Positions 30,633-39,481 of a stretch of DNA of 64,000 bases are shown here, in pieces. Origin of the DNA: an uncultured virus (IMG/VR IMGVR_UViG_3300009167_000001) (Duplodnaviria; Heunggongvirae; Uroviricota; Caudoviricetes); IMG/VR virus record IMGVR_UViG_3300009167_000001. The stretch is one strand, 5' to 3'. The notes beneath the pieces were generated by a model. That model had not been told where the DNA came from and did not search any database. It saw nothing but the letters and a program-made list of their open reading frames with translations. How positions within the stretch are numbered: position 1 is the stretch's first letter; every line of letters starts with the position of its first letter. The position numbers were made by a program, and so were the translations under genes.

Positions 30633-30821
30633 ACAGGTAGCCGCTGCGGTACTCACCGCTTGGTTTAATGGTACGCTCCTTGTACCATTGTGCGGCTCGC
30701 GCTTCGCTCGCGAGCAAGCGGTACAAGAGCCGGGAGCGCTCGCGCGCTCGCGCTTGCTCCCGGCTCCAATCATGTAGCGCACCGCTCTTGCGTATGCGGT
30801 GCGGAGATCGCCGCTCCCGCT

Positions 30822-31076
30822 CTAAGCGAGCGGTGCGAGAATGACGGTATACAAGCCGGTAGACTTGCTCCGCTTGATACTGGCGGTAGCTTTCGCTCCC
30901 GCGCTTTCGATTGCCGCTTGCGCGGCCTTGAGAGCCGCAACCGGCTCCGTGCTCACGCCGTTAGGCTGTACCGCAACCGGCTTGCCCGTTTCGGCAAGCT
31001 TGGCAAGTAGAGCGCTCCAGTCGCGCGCTGGCTTACCTCTTCCCGGCTTGCTGTACTCTTCCCAATCACTAAGCAT
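30822..31076 (-). CDS. Hypothetical protein (MLSDWEEY...)
   Basis: AAAAGAGGTA SD precedes the ATG at 31076. Confidence 0.65.
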   Translation of the reverse strand: MLSDWEEYSKPGRGKPARDWSALLAKLAETGKPVAVQPNGVSTEPVAALKAAQAAIESAGAKATASIKRSKSTGLYTVILAPLA

Positions 31077-31203
31077 AGATACCTCTTTTCCGTGCCGCTC
31101 CAATCGGCACTATAAGCCGAGAGCCGGTTTCCCGGCTCTCGCTCTTGCGTGTTACTTGTATATAGCACGGCTCCGCTCGCGCTAGTACATTTTGCAACCG
31201 GCT

Positions 31204-31914
31204 CTAGATATCAAGGCCCCATTTACTTACGAGCCGCGCGTGCCGCTCTTGTGCCTCTTGCCGCTCTTGCTCGTGCGCTCGCTCGTACCTCTTCCGCCAT
31301 GCGGCTCTAGCTCGCTCGCTTTTGAGCGCGGGAGCGCGAGCCGGTATGCTGGCGGGAGATCGCCGCATACGCTCCCGCTCAAGCCGTGCCGCTTGCTCTT
31401 GCTCTAGATACCATTTTGCGAGCGCTCTAGCCGTCTTGCCGCGCTTGATTGGCTCGCGCTCGGCTAGTACTAGCTCGGCTTGCTCGCTCCAGTCGTGCGG
31501 CTCTAGCAAGCTTGAGTCTAGACTTGTGGAGCGCGGCACCCATTGAATACCGGAGCGGAGCAAGCGACGACGACGACGACGGCTCGTATGCTCTAGAAAA
31601 GAGCCGTGCGGCTTGCGGTATATGTCTTTTCCGCTCCCGGTTGATTGGAAGTCTTCCGCGCTCCACTTGCGTATTTTGAGCGCTCCGCTCCCGCTTGTCT
31701 CGCTCGGCACGAGCCAAACCCCAATCGAGCACGGCTCTATATAGAGCGGTATCGGCTCCCGCGCTTGATACCATGCGCGCTTGAGCGCTCTTACGGTCGC
31801 TTTCGGTACCTCTTGCACTAGTACCGCGCTCCGCTCGTGATTGGCTTGCTCCGCATACTCGCGGAGCAATCCAGCGAGCAAGAGCCGCTCTTGCTTTTGC
31901 TCTTCCCGGTTCAT
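31204..31914 (-). CDS. Hypothetical Arg/Glu-rich protein
   Basis: 236 aa; same AAAAGAGGTA SD. Confidence 0.65.
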   Translation of the reverse strand: MNREEQKQERLLLAGLLREYAEQANHERSAVLVQEVPKATVRALKRAWYQAREPIPLYIEPCSIGVWLVPSETSGSGALKIRKWSAEDFQSTGSGKDIYRKPHGSFLEHTSRRRRRRLLRSGIQWVPRSTSLDSSLLEPHDWSEQAELVLAEREPIKRGKTARALAKWYLEQEQAARLERERMRRSPASIPARAPALKSERARAAWRKRYERAHEQERQEAQERHARLVSKWGLDI

Positions 31915-31919
31915 TCTTG

Positions 31920-32204
31920 CTACCTCTTTTCTTGGCTTGTATCTAGAGCAAGCGCGAGCGCGGCAAGCGCTCGCTCGTGTTCACCGCTCGCGCGGTATAG
32001 CTCTTCCGCCGCTCTTGCGTTCATTCCCGGTATCTTGGCTCCCACCGCATAGAGCCGCGCGAGTGTAGCTAAATCGCTCGGCTCCGTCGCTCGATACCGC
32101 CAAGCGACGTTATGCGCTCGCACCCCTAGCTCAAGCGGAGCAAGAAATTGCTCGCACCGCTCCGCGCGCTCCCGCTCCGCGCGCTCCCATCTTGTCTCTT
32201 GCAT
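31920..32204 (-). CDS. Hypothetical protein
   Basis: 94 aa; same AAAAGAGGTA SD. Confidence 0.65.
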   Translation of the reverse strand: MQETRWERAERERAERCEQFLAPLELGVRAHNVAWRYRATEPSDLATLARLYAVGAKIPGMNARAAEELYRASGEHERALAALALALDTSQEKR

Positions 32205-33075
32205 CTTGTACCTCTTTTCGGCTCGTGCCGCGCGGTGCGCGGCTCTAGATAGATACTAGCACGATATCGGCACAAGAGCGCAAGCGCTCAAGTATGCCGA
32301 ACGGAGATCGCCGCTCGGCACGAGCGAGTTATCGAGATTATCGGGAGTTATCGCGGCTCGATAACTCCGCGAGCAAGAGCGCGGCTCGTATGCTCGCGCG
32401 AGAGCATACCGGCTCGGCTCGGCTCCGGCTCGGCTTGCCGCTCGTATGCTCTCCGGCCACGCATACGCTCAAGCGCTCGCGCTTGGCTCGTATGCTCTCC
32501 CGCCAGCATACCGGCACGAGCGAGCGCGGCTTGCTCTATATAGAGCGGGAGCGAGCGCGGCTCGCGCTCGGCTCGTATGCCGAACGGAGATCGCCGCGCT
32601 TGAGCGCTCGCAAGCGCTCGGCTCCCGGCTTGCTTTCGGTACTATCAAGCGCTCGGCTCGTGCTATGGTACGCATATACCGAAAAAAGGCTCTATAAATC
32701 CCCTGCTAATCGGCACAATTTAGAGCCGCGGGGAAGAGCCGGCAAAAAGAAAAGAGGTAGTAAATGGTACTATTAGCTCGAATAATTGAACATATGCTTA
32801 CTCGCAAGCGATATCGAGATATCATAGAATGATATCGCGCTGAATCCTGGTCCAGTGGTATAGCCAATAGACCATTCAATGGTATATCAAATATACCAAA
32901 GTGAACATTTGTTTGGTCTAAAGGCTATACCATTAGGCCATTCGTGTAGGTGTACGCGCTCGTGTAGGTGCGTATAATAAGAAGTCCGTACCAATTTTTT
33001 ATCATAAGGCTTTCGTACCAATTTTTCTAAAGTGTTTTTTAACACGCGCGTATGTAGAAAAGGGGTGATAAATCA

Positions 33076-33585
33076 ATGTTAGATGATTGGGAAGATTTCG
33101 AAAGCGAAAAGACAACGCACGAGCAAAAACGACAGTTGAAAATAACAGCAACCCGAAGGATTGAGAAACTCAAATCTGAGGGTGTGAAGATTAAATACTA
33201 CGATTACGGACGGCAGATGGTGTACAGAAACGAATGGGATGCTCATAAGAAATTGGGTAAGCCTATTCAGATGACAATTGCGGAGATGAGGGCAGAAGCG
33301 GAGAGAATCTTTAAGGATGAACGGGTTATGGAAATTGACCCGTATCCTGGTGAAAAGATTTATGTTGAACCGAGTGTGAGAGATGGTGCTGTAGCCAAGC
33401 CTTTTCAGAGGCGAATGAGGTTTGGTACTCTGAGAGATAATTTTACTCTCTTGCATGAAATCGCTCATATTCTTGCGGTAAACGACCTTCATGGAGACGA
33501 TTTTTGTAAGGTATTGTGTTCCTTGCACGAATGGTTTATCTCTGAAGAGAATGGAAAGATACTCCGAGAAGCCTTTGGGGGGTGA
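33076..33585 (+). CDS. Putative HExxH zinc metalloprotease (SprT-like)
   Basis: TLLHEIAHIL....HGDDF; AAGGGGTGA SD. Confidence 0.65.
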   Translation: MLDDWEDFESEKTTHEQKRQLKITATRRIEKLKSEGVKIKYYDYGRQMVYRNEWDAHKKLGKPIQMTIAEMRAEAERIFKDERVMEIDPYPGEKIYVEPSVRDGAVAKPFQRRMRFGTLRDNFTLLHEIAHILAVNDLHGDDFCKVLCSLHEWFISEENGKILREAFGG

Positions 33586-33790
33586 AACAAAATGGCTTTT
33601 CAAGTAGGTGATGCAGTATTGGTAAGTGAATCATACTGCAAACATTGTGATGACCTAATTGGTAAGGTTGGAGTTATTAAAAGAATCCAATCTGCTGATA
33701 TTCAAGTACAAATTTCTCCTGATTTTCTGAATGGTTGGGGGAAAGAGTATTTGATATGGTGTCCTGAGAACGGAATCGAGAAGGTGTAGA

Positions 33791-33824
33791 TAATCCAATC
33801 CTGACTTCGGTTGGGATTACTTTT
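33791..33824 (+). terminator. Probable intrinsic terminator
   Basis: TAATCC...TTCG...GGATTA hairpin then CTTTT. Confidence 0.45.
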
Positions 33825-34047
33825 CTTACGGCAGTAGATGAGGGCATTAAGTAATTCATATATTGCTCTTCTGCAATTCACTAATCTAACCTGATTGCAG
33901 AAAAGAGCAGATATTGATTACTGAAACCCCCATTTACTGCCTTTTTTTGGGTTCTGCAAAAAAAGCTAATTCGACTCAGATAGCCATTTTTAGTGGTGAC
34001 GAAGTCGAATAACCTGTATATGTACAGAAAGCAAACCTAGAAATAGG

Positions 34048-34101
34048 TGTCCATAAATATGGACATGCTTATGTACAGAATATTGTCCATAAATGTGGAC
34101 A
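34048..34101. promoter_or_regulatory. Two palindromic operator-like sites
   Basis: TGTCCATAAATATGGACA (34048) and TGTCCATAAATGTGGACA (34084). Confidence 0.55.
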
Positions 34102-34365
34102 ATAAGAAAGGAAGAAAAGAAATGCAGGACTTTGAAGGAATAGCAATTCGTTCTAAGGATTATCCAGAATGGGTAAGTCTGGAAGATGTATGTAAATCAA
34201 TCACTACTGGGAAGAATGTGGCTAACATCGAAGCCTTTTCTTTTTGGTTTTGCAGAAACTATAACCTCGATGATTTTGCAGAGGGAGAAGAAATTCTTCT
34301 AGAAGAAGAACCAAGTCCTGAACGTACTTGGATGCTCTACAAAATGGTTATAGAGAGGTTTTGAG

Positions 34366-34731
34366 ATGGTTGAAGATTTTGAGAATATGGAAGAAAAACC
34401 AGAATTGGATGATTGGGAAGATATCATTGAACCATCTCCTTTTGCTGGTTTCATTTCGGAAACGCCGGTTTGGTTGTATGCTACTGTTAATAGCGATATC
34501 ATAAAGTTATGGCATAAGAATTTGCCATTCTTTTTGACCGAGTTTGTACGCGACTTCAACCAGAAAGTTTTGGACAGTATTCAAATCTCAAAGTATTCTG
34601 TAATTCTAAGGACTGTGCTTAGAACAGAATATGAAGCATCAAAGTTTATTGATGATGCTAAGAGATGTGGAATCTATATAAAGCAACGGTATTCAGAGCC
34701 AATTCCTGAACGTGGAGTAATCTTCAAGTGA
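34366..34731 (+). CDS. Hypothetical protein
   Basis: 121 aa; GAGG SD. Confidence 0.5.
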   Translation: MVEDFENMEEKPELDDWEDIIEPSPFAGFISETPVWLYATVNSDIIKLWHKNLPFFLTEFVRDFNQKVLDSIQISKYSVILRTVLRTEYEASKFIDDAKRCGIYIKQRYSEPIPERGVIFK

Positions 34732-35085
34732 AGTGAGGAAGAGATGGAAATTTGGTGTGTAGAAAATGAAGATGGTGACACTGTTAGACTTTTTACTAAC
34801 TTCGAAGCTGCACAACGTTTTCTACTAGAATATAAAGAACTAGGGTGCGAAATTTGTAAACGATGGGCGTTCACTGGTCATGAAGAAGAAGACAGAGTAA
34901 TAGAACAAGTGATGCTTTTGGAAAAGGTTGGTTACATTCCTGCTCAGTTGAATATGGGGGGATGAATCGCTTTTCTATTACTCCTGACTCCACGGAGTAT
35001 AAATAAAAGGAGTCGATTCGGGATTTAATCCCGAACGAGTTGGTTAAAGACCAACGAAAAATCACTCATGCACGAAAAGTGAAAG

Positions 35086-35916
35086 GTGGTGTTCAAAATG
35101 CAATTGTCGAGTATTGTTGATAGTATTGTGAAGAACATCACTATTGATGAGTATGAAAAGCAAGAAAAACGTGCTTCTATTGAGAACAAGTTTCGGTTTG
35201 CAAAAGATTCTTGGAACGAAACTTGTGACGTTTGTGGAAAAGAATCAAATCGTACTGGCTATAGTGGGCATAAACTCGTCTGCTCTTCTTGTGCAAGAAA
35301 AATAGCAAGAGCAGTACTTATATCCGTAACTATGAAGAATATCCGTAATAAGGAATATTCTCGCGGTGTTGGATACGGATATAAACTCGCTACTGGAAAC
35401 GCTTTTGGCTTTGAAACCGTAGAGTTTATTAAAATGGTTGTCGAAGACGCTGAAAGCGCTAACAAGACGGTACATTTTCTCGGAAGAGATATGGACGTAT
35501 TGTTCATGGCATTTAGCCTGAAAGATAATGTAAATTATCTCGCTGGTTGGAATCGTGATTTCCAGTACAAGTCTGTAGAATCAAAGAAGAAACTTCTTGC
35601 TGTAAATAACGTGCAAGAAGGAGACTTTGTTATTGATACTGGTTTTGTTGGAAGTATAATCAATGATATTCGCGCTCATGTGAATGTTAAAGGTTATTTG
35701 CTTTCTGCAACTCCTGGTAATCAATATACTTATCTGTATGACGAACACAAGTGGGATTATCGTGATTGGGTTGTACAGATAGAACACTTTGATAGAGCAA
35801 GAAAAGTCATCATCAATGATGAAACTAATCTTCCTACTGAAGTGTATACGAAACCTTCGTGGTTTGAAGATGGTTTATTCCACGGTTTTGTAAAAGGTGT
35901 TTCTAATCTGGTGTAG
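35086..35916 (+). CDS. Hypothetical protein with CxxC pair
   Basis: 276 aa; CDVC...CSSC. Confidence 0.55.
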   Translation: MVFKMQLSSIVDSIVKNITIDEYEKQEKRASIENKFRFAKDSWNETCDVCGKESNRTGYSGHKLVCSSCARKIARAVLISVTMKNIRNKEYSRGVGYGYKLATGNAFGFETVEFIKMVVEDAESANKTVHFLGRDMDVLFMAFSLKDNVNYLAGWNRDFQYKSVESKKKLLAVNNVQEGDFVIDTGFVGSIINDIRAHVNVKGYLLSATPGNQYTYLYDEHKWDYRDWVVQIEHFDRARKVIINDETNLPTEVYTKPSWFEDGLFHGFVKGVSNLV

Positions 35917-35969
35917 TAGAAAGGAAAAGGTGATTGTTGTGCATCCCCCTTAAAAACTATATTGGTTCT

Positions 35970-36590
35970 TCTACAGCAGAAAAGCCGTTAGAAAATAACG
36001 TACTAGCTATGGTTAAACTCCATAGGTTTTCTAATGGTTGCTGAATTATCCTATTGCGAGTCTTACTCCTGGATAATTCAACTCTAATTAAATTATATTT
36101 AATGAAAAGATTACGAGTTAGGTACTGTTTCCGAAATCCTTTTTTATAAAAGGTAACGGTGGAGTCGAAATCCTAACACGCGCAATTAACGAACGTGATA
36201 TTGCGAACTTTAAAGAATAGGATACGGATACCATTTCAATGACGATTGATGGGTCGCAAGGAATTCCGTAACCGATAGCTAAGTCGTGATGCTATCAAAA
36301 AAGGAAAACGTTGACTTTTGCTTATTTCAATACGTTTCCTACGGTAGAGTAAATAAGCTATTCCTGTACGCCTAGTCAGCGTGGAAGACGAAGATATTGG
36401 GTTGACTATCCAATATTCTTAACGTGGTTTTGGACCTCACGTTTTAATCGTCTGAACTCCCATTATAGAGTGGGGAGCAGGAATAATTATCTTAATTAGA
36501 TACGGATACTGTACGCTTGAAAGACAGCGTAGAGTCGTTTAATGCCGTAACTGATAGTTATTCGTGATACTATCATCAAATACTCGTCTT
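35970..36590 (+). ncRNA. Candidate large structured RNA with three copies of a covarying motif
   Basis: No long ORF; many stems; motif copies at 36115-36205, 36221-36296, 36499-36575. Confidence 0.6.
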
Positions 36591-37547
36591 CTTGAAAGGA
36601 GAAGAAATGAGTGAAAGAATCTATTTGGGAGAATGGTTATCTCAAATGGAAAAGGTTGCGACATACCGAAAAATGTCGCAAATAGAGAATGGTAAACTCA
36701 TTCTCACTCCCATTAACCGTATTCAACGGAAATGGGCAGAAGCAATCAAAACCCGTCTTAATAAAGATGGTTTTGAAAATGTTTCTATCTCTGGCTAAGG
36801 AATAGTTCTTATCGCCTCCTAAGAATTTATTCCTAAGCGTGGGTATGATGGTGAAGCTAATCGAAATTGCCTCCTTTTGATTAGAGGGAATAATTCCCTA
36901 ACTCACCATCATGCCCTTTTTTTGTGTAGAGTAAAACAATAATTATTGACTCTTAGCGAAAGGTGGTAAAAATGAATTGGGGAATCTGTACTGCAACTGG
37001 AATATCTATGAAGGACTATGAAGGTTGTGGTGCAACAGTTTGTGCCGCTTGTAGATATTGGATTCATGACGTAAAACAAAAACCTTTCCCTTATAATTGG
37101 GAAGAGGCTGGAGATTTCAATGGATGAAGTCATGCTTCATTTTCCAACTGCTTTTCATATTGAAAGCAGTAATACTCCTGAGAATCCAAAATGGTTAGTG
37201 ATGTGGCTTATGCGAATTCTTCGGATATGCGATACTGAAGAAGAAGCTCAAAAAACTCTGGGTGAATGGTTAACACCAGACGTTCGGAAAAGAAGCTAAC
37301 TCTAATCCTATCTGTAGTATGAGGGGTGTAAGTCCCTATCTTCCTTGGGCGAAAGCTAAGGGAATAGCTAATGAAAGCGATACTACAGATAGACAGTTTG
37401 AATCCCGAGAGATAGTTAACAGATAGAAATATCTGAATGGGAGAATCAATAGTATTAGCCTCTGATTGATAATATCAGAGAAGTTCCATTCTATTGAAAC
37501 TGTTTGACGCTATCTCAATATAAATAAGAAAGGAAAGGGGGTGAATC

Positions 37548-38204
37548 GTGCGTTTTATTGGTGATGTGCATGGAAAATTTGATGCTTATTTGGCACTTAT
37601 TGAAGGAGTGGATAAATCTATTCAATTAGGAGATATGGGAATTGGATTTGGAAAAGAATTTCCGCTCACTAAAATATCTGCCAATTGTCACGGATTTATT
37701 CGTGGTAATCATGATAATCCAAAAGAATGTGAAAAATTGTTTCCTCTTTGGATTAGAGATGGAACTTTCTATGAAGGTGTGTTCTGTTTAGGTGGTGCAT
37801 GGTCAATTGATTTTGAATATAGGCAGAGATATGAAGAAGCCACTGGTAGAAAAATATGGTGGCCGAATGAAGAAGTCTCTGTTCCAAAACTTCAAAAGAT
37901 AATTGACTACTATGAAGAAGAAAAGCCTGAAGTTGTAGCTACGCATGATTGCCCTACTATAATGGCTCATGAAATTAAAAGCCAACATGAGTGGGATAAA
38001 TCGAAAACTCGTCAGGCATTGGATAGAATGTTTGAAATCCATAAGCCAAAACTTTGGGTTTTTGGTCATCATCATTTGAATCTATTAAGAGACATTGAAG
38101 GAACAAGGTTTATCTGTCTGGATGAACTTAGTTTTGTTGATGTTGAAACCGATGGTTCATTGATAATGACCGATATCCAACGAAAGCTTTGGGAGAAGAA
38201 ATGA
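37548..38204 (+). CDS. Metallophosphoesterase
   Basis: GDVHG, QLGDMG, RGNHD, THDCP, FGHHH. Confidence 0.85.
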   Translation: MRFIGDVHGKFDAYLALIEGVDKSIQLGDMGIGFGKEFPLTKISANCHGFIRGNHDNPKECEKLFPLWIRDGTFYEGVFCLGGAWSIDFEYRQRYEEATGRKIWWPNEEVSVPKLQKIIDYYEEEKPEVVATHDCPTIMAHEIKSQHEWDKSKTRQALDRMFEIHKPKLWVFGHHHLNLLRDIEGTRFICLDELSFVDVETDGSLIMTDIQRKLWEKK

Positions 38205-38605
38205 TATCTGAATTCCAAGGGGAGTTTAGATTTCTTTCTAACTTCTGGCCGTGCAAAATTTACTTTGAGGGAATGTGGTATGATTCAGTTGAACATGCAT
38301 ATCAAGCAGCTAAAACTCTTGATATGGATGAGAGACTAAGAATTTCATTTCTTGAAACTCCAGGAAAAGCTAAACGCGCTGGAAAAGAACTGAAGATAAG
38401 GCCAGATTGGGAAGAGATTAAAATTCCCATAATGCGCGAATTACTCATAAAGAAATTTTCTCATAGAGAACTCATGTTTCGCCTAAAGAAAACTGAAGGC
38501 GAATTGATTGAGGGAAACAATTGGGGAGATACTTTTTGGGGAGTTTGCAAAGGCCAAGGACAAAACATTCTTGGCAAATTACTTATGGAAATAAGAGATT
38601 CTTAA
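38201..38605 (+). CDS. NADAR (YbiA-like) hydrolase
   Basis: FLSNFW, SVEHAYQAAK, RPDWE, KF, LIEGN.WGDTFWG...GQN.LGKLLMEIR. Confidence 0.9.
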   Translation: MISEFQGEFRFLSNFWPCKIYFEGMWYDSVEHAYQAAKTLDMDERLRISFLETPGKAKRAGKELKIRPDWEEIKIPIMRELLIKKFSHRELMFRLKKTEGELIEGNNWGDTFWGVCKGQGQNILGKLLMEIRDS

Positions 38606-38808
38606 TCTCTTATGCAAAGGCTGGGTTTGGCTTGCAAACCAATGGGATTCGGCTATAGTTTCGGGTGTTGAGGTAGAAATACCAAAATGAAGTTTATCCC
38701 CATGAATACTAGTGATGGGAACTGTGACTTCTGCACGAAACCTAAATAAGAAAAGTAGGTTTGCCGAATAGTTAGAAAAGGTGGGAATTCTAACAAAATA
38801 GTAAATAG

Positions 38809-38882
38809 TGGAATGAAGCATAATCAGTATATGCATCCGTCTTATAAGCGGAAGACAGTTGGTGCAATTCCAACCATTCCTA
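38809..38882 (+). tRNA. tRNA-Ile(UAU), atypical
   Basis: TCCGT-CTTATAA-GCGGA; T loop TGCAATT; 1:72 mismatch. Confidence 0.75.
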
Positions 38883-39370
38883 TTCCAGTAAATAAAGAAC
38901 TAGGAAAGGAAAGTAATGTCAAAATATGTAATGGTTTTGAACGATGGTGAAACTTTTACTGAATTGAACGATTGTTTTGTTGCAGAATTTCCTAAAGATT
39001 ATTCAACTGAACAAGTGGAAGAAGCTCTAAGGAATGGAGAGGATATTTTCAAAATCTATTTTGAAGAACATCATGGTGTTATTCACATGGATATACAGAA
39101 AACTGTTCCTCTTAATATCAACATTGAATAGCTGAAAGGAAGTAAAGTGGAAACAATAAAGCAGGAATTGATGGATATGCGGGATACCATGAAAGCTATG
39201 GCTGAAAATGAGTATCAAAGGACTACAAAAGAAGAACGTGAAATCTTTGAAGTTACTCATCCCGCATTTCGGTTGGGATATTCAATGGCCTATGATATGG
39301 CTGTGCATCGTATTAACAATCTGCTAGAAAAAATAGATAATCTAGCTGTTGGGTGAAGTTAGTTTTATTT

Positions 39371-39443
39371 TGGAGTAGAGCTTATGAGGACAAGCAATCG
39401 GCTGATATCCGATAGATAGGTGGTTCGAATCCACTTACTCCAA
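39371..39443 (+). tRNA. tRNA-Ile(GAU)
   Basis: ATCGG-CTGATAT-CCGAT; GGTTCGAATCC. Confidence 0.88.
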
Positions 39444-39481
39444 TTTTAGTTCCAATCGAAGAAAGAAGGTGATATAATATA

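Larger units (their letters stand above)
30640..32850. other. GC-rich island with minus-strand genes
   Basis: Abrupt switch to GCTC/GAGC/GCGC-rich sequence and to the opposite coding strand. Confidence 0.9.

Noticed and set aside
30690..32776. Several + strand ORFs in the GC-rich island
   Set aside because: Low-complexity shadows of the minus-strand genes, without the shared SD
30640..32850. Insertion sequence or transposon
   Set aside because: No transposase or integrase motifs, terminal inverted repeats or target-site duplication seen
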